From positions 1,925 to 65,924 of the forward strand of contig JASMDX010000056.1 of assembly GCA_030752605.1 (NCBI GenBank): a DNA stretch of 64,000 nt. The letters run 5' to 3'. Position numbers and translations under genes: made by a program. Shown one piece after another: positions 27,777-37,828 of this stretch; within the stretch, counting starts at the first letter, position 1; each line of letters starts with the position of its first letter. The notes beneath the pieces are model-generated. The model searched no databases, was not told the DNA's origin, and was given only the letters and a program-made list of their open reading frames with translations. The DNA comes from Alphaproteobacteria bacterium (GTDB lineage Bacteria > Pseudomonadota > Alphaproteobacteria > GCA-2731375).

Positions 27777-29045
27777 ATGGGATATCTACGATTCCTCTTT
27801 AAGAACCGGCGTTTCCTTAGTTTCGGCATTCTGATCGCTTTCTTTTCGGCCTTTGGACAAACCTTCTTCATTGCCGTGTTCGGGCCTGAGATCCGGGCAG
27901 AGTTCGGCTTGAGCCATGGTGGTTTTGGCGGCTATTACGCCATTGGCACCCTTACATCTGGTTTTTGCCTGATCTGGGCCGGCAAGTTGATCGACCGTTT
28001 CGACCTGCGCTGGGTTACCGCCGGAGTATGCACGGCCTTGATCCTGGCTTGCGCCAACATGGCGATGGTACCTGCCGCCTGGGCCCTGGCGCCGGCCATA
28101 TTCGCCCTGCGCCTCTGCGGCCAGGGTCTGATGAGCCATACAGCCATGACCTCCATGGGGCGCTATTTCGAGGCCGAGCGTGGCCGCGCCGTTTCCATTG
28201 CAATCTTGGGTTTTCCTGCGGGCGTGGCGGTCTTCCCCGGTCTGGCGGTTTGGTTGATATTGGTGTTTGACTGGCGTACGGCGTGGATCGCCGTTGCTAT
28301 CACCTTGGCGGTGTTCCTGATCCCCCTGGCCCTGTGGTTGTTGAAAGGCCATACCGCGCGGCACCGGTATTTTTTGGCCCAAACTGAAACCGTCCAGAGT
28401 GCCACGGACCAGATCAGTGCGGCGGCGGCATCGATGCGGCGGCAATGGACCCGGGCCGAAGTTTTGCGCGATCCCCGCTTTTATCTGTTGTGCATCGCGA
28501 TCACGGCGCCGTCTTTCATCTCGACCGGATTTTTCTTCCACCAGGCGCATCTGGCGACCGCGAAGGGCTGGAGCCTGGCCTGGATGGCCTCCGCCTTTGT
28601 CGCCTATACCGTCGGCGCGATTGGCGCCAACTTGGCCTTTGGTCCGCTGATCGACCGTTTCGGCGCCCGTAAATTGCTGCCCTATTACCTCTATCCATTG
28701 ATGCTGGCCTGCCTCTCCATCGCTGTGTCCAGTCATCACATGGCAGCAATGGCCCTAATGTTTTTCATGGGCCTGACCAGCGGCAGCGGGCAGACGCTGA
28801 TTGGCGCGGCCTGGCCGGAATTTTATGGCGTCATGCATTTAGGCGCCATCCGAGCCATGGTGATGTCCATGAGCGTGGGCGCTTCGGCCCTATCGCCCGT
28901 CGTGGTCGGATGGTTGATCGATCGTGGCGTGGCCATGGAAACCATGGCAGTTGGCTTTTTGGTTTATTTGGCCTTCGCCTTCGCCAGCATACTGATTGCC
29001 CTTGCTCGCCCCGAGCCGGCAGCCGAAGAAGGAAACATGGCATGA
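27777..29045 (+). CDS. MFS transporter
   Basis: About twelve hydrophobic segments, with a GKLIDRFDLR loop motif. ATG at 27777 (TTG at 27762 is also possible). Confidence 0.85.
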   Translation: MGYLRFLFKNRRFLSFGILIAFFSAFGQTFFIAVFGPEIRAEFGLSHGGFGGYYAIGTLTSGFCLIWAGKLIDRFDLRWVTAGVCTALILACANMAMVPAAWALAPAIFALRLCGQGLMSHTAMTSMGRYFEAERGRAVSIAILGFPAGVAVFPGLAVWLILVFDWRTAWIAVAITLAVFLIPLALWLLKGHTARHRYFLAQTETVQSATDQISAAAASMRRQWTRAEVLRDPRFYLLCIAITAPSFISTGFFFHQAHLATAKGWSLAWMASAFVAYTVGAIGANLAFGPLIDRFGARKLLPYYLYPLMLACLSIAVSSHHMAAMALMFFMGLTSGSGQTLIGAAWPEFYGVMHLGAIRAMVMSMSVGASALSPVVVGWLIDRGVAMETMAVGFLVYLAFAFASILIALARPEPAAEEGNMA

Positions 29046-29821
29046 AGCAATACGCGGACGGTAAGATCCTGCTAGAAACCCAGGGCCCGGTCACGACCGT
29101 GACCATCAATCGGCCGGAAGTGCGCAATGCCCTCGACAATGATGCGGCGCGTGGTCTGGGCCGGGCCTTGCGGGATTTTGATGCCGATGAAAGCCAGCTT
29201 GCCGCCGTGCTGACGGGCACTGATGGCGCCTTTTGCGCCGGCGCCGATCTGAAAGCAGTGGCGGACAGCGCCGAATATGTCGCCTGGGCCGGCGATCCGG
29301 AGGGGCCGACCAATCCAACCCTGTCAAAGCCAGTGATCGCGGCGGTGGAAGGCCATGCGGTTGCTGGCGGCCTGGGCATCGCCCTGTGGTGCGACATTCG
29401 TTTGGTCGATGAAACTGCGGTCTTCGGTGTCTTCTGCCGCCGTTGGGGCGTGCCTATGAGCGACGGCACCACTGTGCGCCTGCCGCGTCTGATCGGCGCG
29501 GCGCGGGCCTTGGATATGTTAATTACGGGGCGTGGCGTGGCCGCCGACGAAGCCATTGATTGGGGTCTGGCGACGCGCCGCGCCCCCAAGGGGGAAACCC
29601 GCCAGGCAGCGGAAGAACTGGCCTACCAGATTGCCGCCTTTCCCCAGATCGCCATGCGTTCGGACCGGATGTCGGCATATCGTCAGGCCGGGCAAAGCCT
29701 GGCGGACGCGGTGGCGGAGGAAAAGGAGCTGTCCCAGGCCGCCAAGGCAGCCGAGGCCCAGGCTGGCGCGGCACGCTTCGCCGCCGGCGAAGGCCGCCAC
29801 GGCGATTTCGGCAAGAGTTAG
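29042..29821 (+). CDS. enoyl-CoA hydratase/isomerase family protein
   Basis: The ATG at 29042 overlaps the MFS stop (ATGA). VTTVTINRPEVRNAL, LTGTDGAFCAGADLK, AAVEGHAVAGGLGIALWCDIR. Confidence 0.9.
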   Translation: MKQYADGKILLETQGPVTTVTINRPEVRNALDNDAARGLGRALRDFDADESQLAAVLTGTDGAFCAGADLKAVADSAEYVAWAGDPEGPTNPTLSKPVIAAVEGHAVAGGLGIALWCDIRLVDETAVFGVFCRRWGVPMSDGTTVRLPRLIGAARALDMLITGRGVAADEAIDWGLATRRAPKGETRQAAEELAYQIAAFPQIAMRSDRMSAYRQAGQSLADAVAEEKELSQAAKAAEAQAGAARFAAGEGRHGDFGKS

Positions 29822-29827
29822 AAGGCG

Positions 29828-30490
29828 CTAAAGACTAGTCGCTAGATAGTTGGTCATGCGCTCCCAGGCCAGATTCGCCGCAGCGGCATCGTAATTGGCC
29901 TCGCTGGTTTCGTTGAAGAAGCCATGCGCTGCATTGTAGCGGTGGATCTGCGCATTGACGCCGGCGGCAGTCATCGCCGCTTCCAACCCGTTCACCGCAT
30001 CCGGCGTACACCAATCGTCCTGATCGGCGAAATGGCATTGCAGTGGTATGGCGATCTTGGCCGGGTCGGCGAATTCCTGGGGCGGTATGCCATAAAAACA
30101 TACGCCCGCCGCCACCTCAGGAACATGCACGGCGCTGGCGATGGTCAGCGCGCCGCCCATGCAAAAGCCCACCACGCCGATTTTTTGGCCAATTCCTTGC
30201 AGATGCCGCGCCGCGCCGCGTAGGTCCTGACGCGTCGCGCCGGAAAAGTCCAGGCCGCTCATCAGATGGGCCGCCTCATCAGGCTCCTGTGTTACTCGGC
30301 CTTCGTATAAATCCGGCGCCAGGGCGTTGTAGCCGGCCCGCGCGAAGCGGTCGGCTACACCACAAATCTGATCGTTCAGGCCCCACCATTCCTGAACGAC
30401 GATTACCGAGGCACGATCCGTGCCCGCCGTGGCCAGATAGCCTTTCGTCGCGCCGCTGTCCGGCCTGGCAAAATCGATCATGCTGCCCAT
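29828..30490 (-). CDS. dienelactone hydrolase family protein
   Basis: VIVVQEWWGLNDQI, VVGFCMGG (nucleophile elbow with Cys), and HGF near the C-terminus. Confidence 0.85.
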   Translation of the reverse strand: MGSMIDFARPDSGATKGYLATAGTDRASVIVVQEWWGLNDQICGVADRFARAGYNALAPDLYEGRVTQEPDEAAHLMSGLDFSGATRQDLRGAARHLQGIGQKIGVVGFCMGGALTIASAVHVPEVAAGVCFYGIPPQEFADPAKIAIPLQCHFADQDDWCTPDAVNGLEAAMTAAGVNAQIHRYNAAHGFFNETSEANYDAAAANLAWERMTNYLATSL

Positions 30491-30502
30491 TGTTTCGTTT
30501 CC

Positions 30503-30850
30503 CTATTTGATGTTGTGGCCCGAATGTACCAGAAAAACGTGAGAATCCAATTCCAGCCAGCGCAGCCCCATCGCGCCGTCCTCGGTGATGCGCACCACCT
30601 CGGCCAGAAATTCGCCCGAATTGCCCAGGCTGCTACTGCGGATCCGTCCTTCAAAGGTGCCGCCGACCCGCAAGGGCGGACCGAGCGTTGGCTCTGGTGC
30701 CGGCAGTAAGCAGCCGCCAAGGGGCCAATCCTCCACCCGCATTCGGCGGCCATGATACCGCACACATATAGATGGGTGGCCATGGCGTCTGTGTTGCCGG
30801 CGACCCCGGCCAAGAAACCCGCGTATGAAGTTCGCCAGGGCCATACCCAC
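30503..30850 (-). CDS. possible PilZ-domain protein
   Basis: RRQHRR followed by RVEDWPLGGCLL resembles the RxxxR / D-x-S-x-x-G c-di-GMP motifs. The third codon position is GC-rich in this frame. Competing overlapping ORFs exist, so the call is tentative. Confidence 0.4.
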   Translation of the reverse strand: MGMALANFIRGFLGRGRRQHRRHGHPSICVRYHGRRMRVEDWPLGGCLLPAPEPTLGPPLRVGGTFEGRIRSSSLGNSGEFLAEVVRITEDGAMGLRWLELDSHVFLVHSGHNIK

Positions 30851-30908
30851 CCTTTCTGTTCCCAGCCATGGTCCTCATCGCGGCCCTGGCAAGACACGAT
30901 GTTCAGGC

Positions 30909-32153
30909 TCAGCGCTGAAACACCGCCACCAGTTCCAAGTGCCGGCTCCAGGGAAATTGATCCACCGGGGTAACCGATTGCAGTTGATAGCCGGCATCGG
31001 CCAAGATTGCGCCATCACGGGCAAAGGTTGCTGGGTTGCATGACACCGCGATGATCTTGGGCACCGTGGATACGGCTAGATTGTCCACCTGGCGCGCGGC
31101 GCCGGCCCGGGGTGGATCAAAGATCACGGCGTCTAACGTGGACAATTCCTTCGCCGACAGGGCGCGGCGTTCCAGGTCGCGCACCTCGACCTCGATGCCG
31201 CTACGCCGGGCGGTATTGCGCGCAGCGATCAGGGCCTCGGCTTGATCGTCCGCGCCTTCCACAGCCTTAACCTTTGTGCCCCTGGCCAAAGCAAAACTGA
31301 AGGTGCCAACGCCGGCGAATAGATCGGCCACGTTGGTGGCATCCGCCACGCCGTCCTGGACCAGCCGCACCAGGGCGGCCTCGCCGGCTCGGCTGGCCTG
31401 CAGAAAGCCGTCGGGCGGTGGCGTCACGGCCACACCGGTGAAGGTCACCTGTGGCGCCCGGCGTACTATGACCACTTCCGGCCGCTTGCCGGTGGACAAG
31501 CGGGCCAGATCAACCTCCTGGGCAAAATCGGCCAGGCGCATATCGGTCTGGGCATCGTGGGGCAGATCCGCCACCAGCCACAGATCCAGGCCAGTTTCGG
31601 TTTCGGTCACCTGAACATCGGCGCGTTTGTTCTGGGCCGGAAGGTCAGTCAACAGGCCGCGCAAGCCGTCCAGCAGATCGATGATGGCGGGGCGCAGGAT
31701 GTGGCATTCCGTGAGGTTGATGATCTTGTGGCTGCCGGACTCGTTAAAACCCAGCTGTACGCCATTTCGCATACGCAGTGCCGCGAACCGCGCCCGGCGG
31801 CGGCTGGCGGTGGGCATTGTGATCATCTCTTTGATCACGGTGCTGCCAAGGTCTCGGCGTGCCAGGGCCTGACACAGGATATTCAGCTTCCAATCCTTAT
31901 AGGCACGGCCATTCAAATGCTGCATGGCACAACCGCCGCAGAGGCCGAAATGGCGGCAGGATGGCTCTACCCGATCGGGGCCCGGCCGCAGCACCGCATC
32001 TAGGCGGGCCAGGCGTCCGTCGCCGCGTTTTCCGGTCAGCGTGGCCGCGACACGGTCCCCTGGCGCGCCATGGGGGACATAGATGGTGCCGGTACCATCA
32101 TGGGCGATGCCGTCGCCGCGGGCGCCCAGGCTTTCGATAGTCAATTCCACCAT
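30909..32153 (-). CDS. class I SAM-dependent RNA (uracil-5-)-methyltransferase (RumA/TrmA family)
   Basis: From the ATG at 32153: MVELTIESLGARGDGIA (TRAM-like), CRHFGLCGGCAMQH (Fe-S cysteines), DLFAGVGTFS, FDPPRAGA, VSCNPATFARD. Confidence 0.85.
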   Translation of the reverse strand: MVELTIESLGARGDGIAHDGTGTIYVPHGAPGDRVAATLTGKRGDGRLARLDAVLRPGPDRVEPSCRHFGLCGGCAMQHLNGRAYKDWKLNILCQALARRDLGSTVIKEMITMPTASRRRARFAALRMRNGVQLGFNESGSHKIINLTECHILRPAIIDLLDGLRGLLTDLPAQNKRADVQVTETETGLDLWLVADLPHDAQTDMRLADFAQEVDLARLSTGKRPEVVIVRRAPQVTFTGVAVTPPPDGFLQASRAGEAALVRLVQDGVADATNVADLFAGVGTFSFALARGTKVKAVEGADDQAEALIAARNTARRSGIEVEVRDLERRALSAKELSTLDAVIFDPPRAGAARQVDNLAVSTVPKIIAVSCNPATFARDGAILADAGYQLQSVTPVDQFPWSRHLELVAVFQR

Positions 32154-32157
32154 CGCT

Positions 32158-32928
32158 TCAAGCCTCCCGCCGCCCGGCAAGCAGGAATTCAATATTGCCC
32201 TGTGGTCCCTTGATGGGGCTGGCCGTGGTGCCCAGCATGCTCCAACCGGGCTGTTGCTCCAGCCAGGTGCCGATCTCGGCCCGGACCTCCGCATGCAGCT
32301 CCAGATCCCGCACCACGCCGCCCTTGCCCACTCGCTCCGGGCCCACCTCGAACTGTGGTTTGATCAGGGCGATCAATTGGGCGCTGGGTGCGGCCAGGGC
32401 CATGGCGGCGGGCAATACGGTGCGCAGGCCGATGAAGGAGGCGTCGCAGACGATCAGGCCAATCTCGTCGGGCACCTCCCGTTGGGTAAGATAGCGGGCA
32501 TTGGTCCGCTCCAGAACCACGACACGTTTGTCGTTGCGCAGGGACCAGGCCAATTGCCCATGCCCAACATCTACCGCATAGACTTTGGCCGCTCCATTTT
32601 GCAGCAAGACGTCGGAAAAGCCGCCGGTGGAAGCGCCCAGGTCGAGGCAGATCAGCCCTGTGGGATTGATGTCAAATTCCACCAGGCCGTGCGCCAGTTT
32701 GACCCCGCCGCGCGAAACCCAGGGATGGTCCTGCCCCTTGACGGTAACCTGGGCATCAATGGCCAGTTCCTGGCCGGCCTTGTCCAGACGCCGGTCCGCA
32801 CCGTGAACCTTGCCGGCCATGATCAGGGCCTGCGCCTTGCCGTGGCTCTCCGCCAGGCCACGTTCGACCAGCAATAGATCCAGGCGCATCTTTGCCGGCT
32901 TCGTTTTTGATTTTGCTTTAGACGACAT
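32158..32928 (-). CDS. tlyA: TlyA-family rRNA (cytidine-2'-O)-methyltransferase
   Basis: RLDLLLVERGLAESHGKAQALIMAG (S4 domain), LDLGASTGGFSDVLLQNGA, DASFI, LIKPQFE. Confidence 0.9.
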   Translation of the reverse strand: MSSKAKSKTKPAKMRLDLLLVERGLAESHGKAQALIMAGKVHGADRRLDKAGQELAIDAQVTVKGQDHPWVSRGGVKLAHGLVEFDINPTGLICLDLGASTGGFSDVLLQNGAAKVYAVDVGHGQLAWSLRNDKRVVVLERTNARYLTQREVPDEIGLIVCDASFIGLRTVLPAAMALAAPSAQLIALIKPQFEVGPERVGKGGVVRDLELHAEVRAEIGTWLEQQPGWSMLGTTASPIKGPQGNIEFLLAGRREA

Positions 32929-32934
32929 GTCCGC

Positions 32935-34857
32935 CTAGGCCAGCTTTGGTGCCTCGACCTCTTGCGCTTGCCCCAGGGAGGCCAGCGCCTTGGCGACAAT
33001 ATCGGGCGCGTTCAGGGCCGCGGCGGCATACATTTTTTCTGGGGCGTCATGATCGATAAAGCTGTCGGGCAGCATCATGGTGCGGATCTTCAGGTCGTTA
33101 TCGAGCAATTCATGGCGTTCCAGACATTGGAGCACATGGGCCGAGAAACCGCCGATCGAGCCTTCCTCGATCGTGATCAGGACTTTGTGGCTGCGGGCCA
33201 GTTCGCAGATCAGATCCTCGTCCAGCGGCTTAACAAATCTGGCATCGGCCACGGAGGTTGAATAGCCCTTGGCGGTCAGCTCCTCCGCCGCCTTTAGGGA
33301 TTCGCCCATGCGTGTGCCCAGGGACAGGATGGCGACCGCATTGCCTTTGCGCATCATGCGGCCCTTGCCGATCTGCAATGGCTGTGCTGGTAGCTCGATC
33401 TCCACCCCCTCGCCCTCGCCACGAGGATACCGGAAGGCTGAGGGCCCGTCATCAATGCGGGCGGCGGTGGCTACCATGCGGGTTAGTTCAGACTCATCCG
33501 CTGCCGCCATGACGACGAAATTAGGCAGGCTGGCCAGATAGGTGATATCGAAGGCGCCCGCATGGGTCGGACCATCGGCGCCCACTAGGCCGGCCCGGTC
33601 GATGGCGAAGCGCACAGGCAGCTTTTGGATCGCGACGTCGTGGACCACCTGATCGTAGGCTCGCTGTAGGAATGTTGAATAGATCGCCGCGAAGGGCCGG
33701 TAGCCGTCTGCCGCCAGCCCGGCTGCGAAAGTCACCCCGTGTTGTTCCGCGATGCCCACATCGAAACAGCGGTTGGGAAAGCGTTGCTGGAATTCGGCCA
33801 AGCCAGTGCCTGATGGCATGGCGGCGGTGATGGCCACGATTTTGTCATCACGCTCGCCCTCGCGGACCAGCTGGTCGGAGAATACACTGGTATAGCTGGG
33901 CGCATTGGGCTTACCTTTGGTCTGGGCCCCGGTGACCACGTCAAAGCGGGAAACACCGTGGAATTTATCAGCCGCTTCCTCGGCCGGGGCATAGCCCTTG
34001 CCCTTTTGCGTCACCACATGCACCAGGATCGGATTGGTGCGCCGGGCTTCGCGCACGTTCTTCAGCACCGGCAGCAGATGATCCAGATTGTGGCCATCGA
34101 TGGGACCCACATAGAAAAAGCCCAGTTCCTCGAACAGGGTGCCGCCCGTAATCAGGCCGCGGGCATATTCCTCGGCCCGGCGCGCGGTGCGTTCCATGGG
34201 CTCGGGCATTTTCTGGGCTAGTTGTTTGGCGAAATAACGCAGGCTGCGATAGGGCCGCGAGGACAACAGGCGTGATAGATAGGCGCTCATGGCGCCAACG
34301 GGAGGCGCGATCGACATGTCGTTATCGTTGAGAATCACGATCATGCGGGTATCCAGTGAGCTGGCGTTGTTCATGGCCTCGAACGCCATGCCGGCACTCA
34401 TGGAGCCATCACCGATCACCGCGATGACATTGCTATCCCGGCCATCCAGATCCCGGGCTATGGCGAAGCCAAGCCCGGCGGAAATGGAGGTTGACGAATG
34501 CGCCGTACCGAACGGATCATAGGGGCTTTCCGAACGCTTGGTGAAGCCTGATAGGCCGCCGCCCTGGCGTAGGGTGCGGATACGATCCCGCCGGCCGGTC
34601 AGAATTTTATGGGGATACGCCTGATGCCCCACATCCCAGATCAGCACGTCGTCTGGGGTGTTGAAAACATGATGCAGGGCGACGGTCAGCTCGACCACGC
34701 CCAGCCCGGCACCCAGGTGGCCGCCCGTCTCTGAAACCGCATCGATGGTTTCGGTGCGCAGCTCGTCTGCCAACTGGCGTAGCTGCTCCGAGGACAGCTG
34801 ACGGGTATCCGCTGGCCCATCAATGGTATCCAACAATGGCGTCTTGCTGTCTGACAA
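32935..34857 (-). CDS. dxs: 1-deoxy-D-xylulose-5-phosphate synthase
   Basis: [65 protein letters not shown]. Confidence 0.97.
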   Translation of the reverse strand: MSDSKTPLLDTIDGPADTRQLSSEQLRQLADELRTETIDAVSETGGHLGAGLGVVELTVALHHVFNTPDDVLIWDVGHQAYPHKILTGRRDRIRTLRQGGGLSGFTKRSESPYDPFGTAHSSTSISAGLGFAIARDLDGRDSNVIAVIGDGSMSAGMAFEAMNNASSLDTRMIVILNDNDMSIAPPVGAMSAYLSRLLSSRPYRSLRYFAKQLAQKMPEPMERTARRAEEYARGLITGGTLFEELGFFYVGPIDGHNLDHLLPVLKNVREARRTNPILVHVVTQKGKGYAPAEEAADKFHGVSRFDVVTGAQTKGKPNAPSYTSVFSDQLVREGERDDKIVAITAAMPSGTGLAEFQQRFPNRCFDVGIAEQHGVTFAAGLAADGYRPFAAIYSTFLQRAYDQVVHDVAIQKLPVRFAIDRAGLVGADGPTHAGAFDITYLASLPNFVVMAAADESELTRMVATAARIDDGPSAFRYPRGEGEGVEIELPAQPLQIGKGRMMRKGNAVAILSLGTRMGESLKAAEELTAKGYSTSVADARFVKPLDEDLICELARSHKVLITIEEGSIGGFSAHVLQCLERHELLDNDLKIRTMMLPDSFIDHDAPEKMYAAAALNAPDIVAKALASLGQAQEVEAPKLA

Positions 34858-34879
34858 TTAGTTTCCGCCGTAAATCGTA

Positions 34880-35767
34880 TCAACTGCTTCGAGTTATAAC
34901 GAATTCGCACAAAGCCCGCAAAGGATTAGCCTTGTTGCCAAATCGATCCAAATGCGACGCGGCTTGGCGGGACAACAAGGCGGCCTGGTCTCGGGCAGCC
35001 TCGATACCCAATTTGGCAACGATCGTCGCCTTGCCGGCGGCGGCATCCTTGCCCGTGGCCTTGCCGACCTCTTCCGCGCTGCCTTCGGCATCCAGCAAAT
35101 CGTCGGTGATCTGAAAGGCTAGGCCCAGATCATGGGAGAACATACGCAAGGCTTGGCGCTGTTGCGGCCGGGCCCTGGCCAGAATGGCTCCCGCCTCGCC
35201 CGCGAAAGCGATCATTTCGCCTGTTTTTAGGCGTTGCATGCGCACCGTTCCGGCCTCGTCCAGCGAATTGTTTTCAGCCCAAAGGTCCAGCACCTGACCG
35301 CCGACCATGCCGTGGCCGCCAGCCGCTTTTGCCAGGCCGGCGACAAGATTCGTCCGCACCTCCGGATCGGACGAGGTCCGGCGGTTGGCTAGAACCTCGA
35401 ACGCCAGGGTCAGCAGGGCATCGCCGGTCAGCACCGCCGTGGCCTCATCGAACTTTTTATGCACGGTTGGCCGTCCCCGACGCAGATCATCGTCATCCAT
35501 GCAAGGCAGGTCGTCATGCACCAGGCTATAGGCATGCACTAGTTCCACCGCTGCTGCCGTGCGCAGGCATTGCTCCATCTCCATATCGAAAATCTCGCCG
35601 CTGGCAATGACCAGAAAGGGGCGCAGGCGCTTGCCTCCGCCCAGAACCGCATGCCGCATAGCATCGAACAGGCGATGCTCCAACTCGCGGCCCTCGGGCA
35701 GCAGATTAGCCAATTCCTGGTCCACGGCCTCGGCAGCCTTGTCCAGCATGGCATTGAAGTCAACCAT
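34880..35767 (-). CDS. ispA: (2E,6E)-farnesyl diphosphate synthase / polyprenyl synthetase
   Basis: LVHDDLPCMDDDDLRRGRPT (FARM) and FQITDDLLD (SARM). Confidence 0.93.
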   Translation of the reverse strand: MVDFNAMLDKAAEAVDQELANLLPEGRELEHRLFDAMRHAVLGGGKRLRPFLVIASGEIFDMEMEQCLRTAAAVELVHAYSLVHDDLPCMDDDDLRRGRPTVHKKFDEATAVLTGDALLTLAFEVLANRRTSSDPEVRTNLVAGLAKAAGGHGMVGGQVLDLWAENNSLDEAGTVRMQRLKTGEMIAFAGEAGAILARARPQQRQALRMFSHDLGLAFQITDDLLDAEGSAEEVGKATGKDAAAGKATIVAKLGIEAARDQAALLSRQAASHLDRFGNKANPLRALCEFVITRSS

Positions 35768-35798
35768 TTGTACTAACCATCAGATACTTGTTAAGAAT

Positions 35799-36071
35799 TT
35801 ATTCGATATCGGCGGCTTCGACCGCCTGGGCCTGGCCGGTGCCGTCGGCAACGATTTTTTCGACCTGCTCGGAGGCGGTATTAAGCTTCGCCTCGCAGTG
35901 GCGTTTCAAAACCGCGCCCCGGCTATAAAGCGCGATGGAGGCATCCAGATCGACCTGGCCGTCCTCCAAATTCTGTACAATGGTTTCCAGCTCTACCATG
36001 GCCGCTTCAAAACTCATGGCCGCCACATCGTCGGGGATAGCTTCGCTTTCGCTATTTGTTTGTTTTGCCAT
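35799..36071 (-). CDS. xseB: exodeoxyribonuclease VII small subunit
   Basis: SFEAAMVELETIVQNLEDGQVDLDASIALYSRG. Confidence 0.9.
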   Translation of the reverse strand: MAKQTNSESEAIPDDVAAMSFEAAMVELETIVQNLEDGQVDLDASIALYSRGAVLKRHCEAKLNTASEQVEKIVADGTGQAQAVEAADIE

Positions 36072-36108
36072 TCGCCAATACTTTCATGCCACTATCAGGG
36101 CCCAGACT

Positions 36109-36715
36109 TCAGGGTACGGACATCAAGGCTCGGACGTGGGCCGCCGTTGCCATTGCCAATGCGGTCAGATCATAACCGCCTTCAAGAGAGGAAACCAGCC
36201 GCCCATCGCAACGGCGCGCCGCCATGGCCAATAATTCTCGGCTGACCCAGGCATAGTCATCCGTGTCCAGGCGTAGTTGCGCCAGGGGATCATCAGCATG
36301 GGCTTCAAAACCCGCTGAAATCAACAATAATTACGGTTCGAACCTATCCAGGGCCGGCAGCAAACCGTCGGTGACGGCGGCGTGAAAATCACTTCCCGCG
36401 GCATCTGGGGCCAGGGGAAAATTATGGATATTGCTGGCGCCCCTTTTCGATGCCGCGCCGGCCGGATACTGGGGCATTTGATGGGTCGAGCCATAGAACA
36501 GATCGCCGTCATCCCAGAACGCGGCCTGGGTGCCGTTGCCGTGATGCGCGTCGAGGTCGACCACCGCGACGCGCTTCAAACCATGGGCGCGCGGGCATGC
36601 TGGGCGCCGATGGCAACCGAATTGAAGATGCAAAATCTCATGGAGCGTTCCTGCCCGGCATGGCCCGCGCCCATGTCATGCCCCAGAAATACCGCGTGTT
36701 CAAATATCAAGGTTA
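36109..36715 (-). pseudogene. histone deacetylase / acetoin-utilisation (AcuC/APAH) family gene: 5'-truncated, frameshifted, with an in-frame TAA
   Basis: One frame reads ...GAGHAGQERSMRFCIFNSVAIGAQHARA. After a shift near 36585..36600 it continues as HGLKRVAVVDLDAHHGNGTQ...ALDRFEP[TAA 36331..36333]LLLISAGFEAHADDPL...SLEGGYDL. About 130 N-terminal codons have no room before the divergent gene at 36782. Confidence 0.75.
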
Positions 36716-36781
36716 TGTTTTATCCTGTCGCTGCGAGGGGATGTTGCACTAACATCAGGGCGAAAAAGGGGGATTGGCGGT

Positions 36782-37828
36782 ATGTTGCAGGAACGTCTCG
36801 AGGGAAAATGGATAGACTGCTTCGCGGCTGTCTTCGAACGTTGCAAGTTGGCGCCGGGCGAGGTGGCGGCAATTCTGTCGGAAAGCCAATCTCGGCCCAT
36901 CAATGTGCAATTGGCGGAATTGGCCCTGCATCGGTTGGGCGCACAGCCGTTTCACATAGTGGTCCCGACGCCCGCGCAATCGTCGCCCGTGCCAGTGCGT
37001 TCCACCGGCGCTTCGGATGTGATCCAGAATATTCGCCCTGTCGTGGGCGCCCTGGCCAGCACCAGTTTTGTCGTGGATTGCACCGTTGAAGGCCTGTTGC
37101 ATGCTCCGGAGCTGCCCGAAATCCTGCAGGGCGGCGCCAGGGTCTTGATGATCTCCAACGAGCACCCCGAGGCCGTGGAGCGCCTGGCCCCGGATGATGC
37201 CCTGGAAGGCAAGGTCAAGCTGGGCATGAAGATGCTGCGGGAGGCCAATACCATGACCATACCCTCGGCTGCCGGCAGCAATCTGGCTGTGGATTTGACG
37301 GGCGCCGTGGCGGGTGGCGGTTGGGGCTGGGTTACCCGACCCGGTATCATGTCGCACTGGCCGGACGGGCTTTGTCTGTGTTTTCCCAATACCGGTACCG
37401 TCAACGGTACGCTGGTCTTGGATCGGGGTGATGTAAACCTGACTTTCAAGCGCTATCTTGATGCACCCATAACATTGCGGATCGAGGATGATTATGTAGC
37501 AGCCATCGAAGGCGATGGCGTCGACGCGGATCTGATGCGCAGTTATTTTGCGGCCTGGGATGACCGGGATGCCTATGCCACCTCGCACATCGGCTGGGGC
37601 ATGAACCAAGGTGCGCGATGGGATGCTATGACCATGTACGACCGTAGGGATTTCAATGGCACCGAGCTGCGCGCCTTTGCCGGCAACGTGGTCTATTCCA
37701 CCGGTGCCAACGAAGTGGCGGGCCGGCAAACCCTAGGCCATTTTGATCTGCCCATCCGCAACTGCACCGTGCAGCTGGACGACCAGGCCGTGGTCAAGGA
37801 CGGCGTATTGCAAGGTGAGTTGGCATGA
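36782..37828 (+). CDS. NicX-like 2,5-dihydroxypyridine 5,6-dioxygenase family protein (aminopeptidase-T fold)
   Basis: HWPDGLCLCFPN..GTLVLDRGDVNLTFKRY...ITLRIEDDYVAAIEG, SHIGWGMNQGARWDAM, RAFAGNVVYSTGAN, GHFDLPIRNCTVQLDDQAVV. This closely parallels my recollection of Pseudomonas NicX. Confidence 0.8.
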   Translation: MLQERLEGKWIDCFAAVFERCKLAPGEVAAILSESQSRPINVQLAELALHRLGAQPFHIVVPTPAQSSPVPVRSTGASDVIQNIRPVVGALASTSFVVDCTVEGLLHAPELPEILQGGARVLMISNEHPEAVERLAPDDALEGKVKLGMKMLREANTMTIPSAAGSNLAVDLTGAVAGGGWGWVTRPGIMSHWPDGLCLCFPNTGTVNGTLVLDRGDVNLTFKRYLDAPITLRIEDDYVAAIEGDGVDADLMRSYFAAWDDRDAYATSHIGWGMNQGARWDAMTMYDRRDFNGTELRAFAGNVVYSTGANEVAGRQTLGHFDLPIRNCTVQLDDQAVVKDGVLQGELA

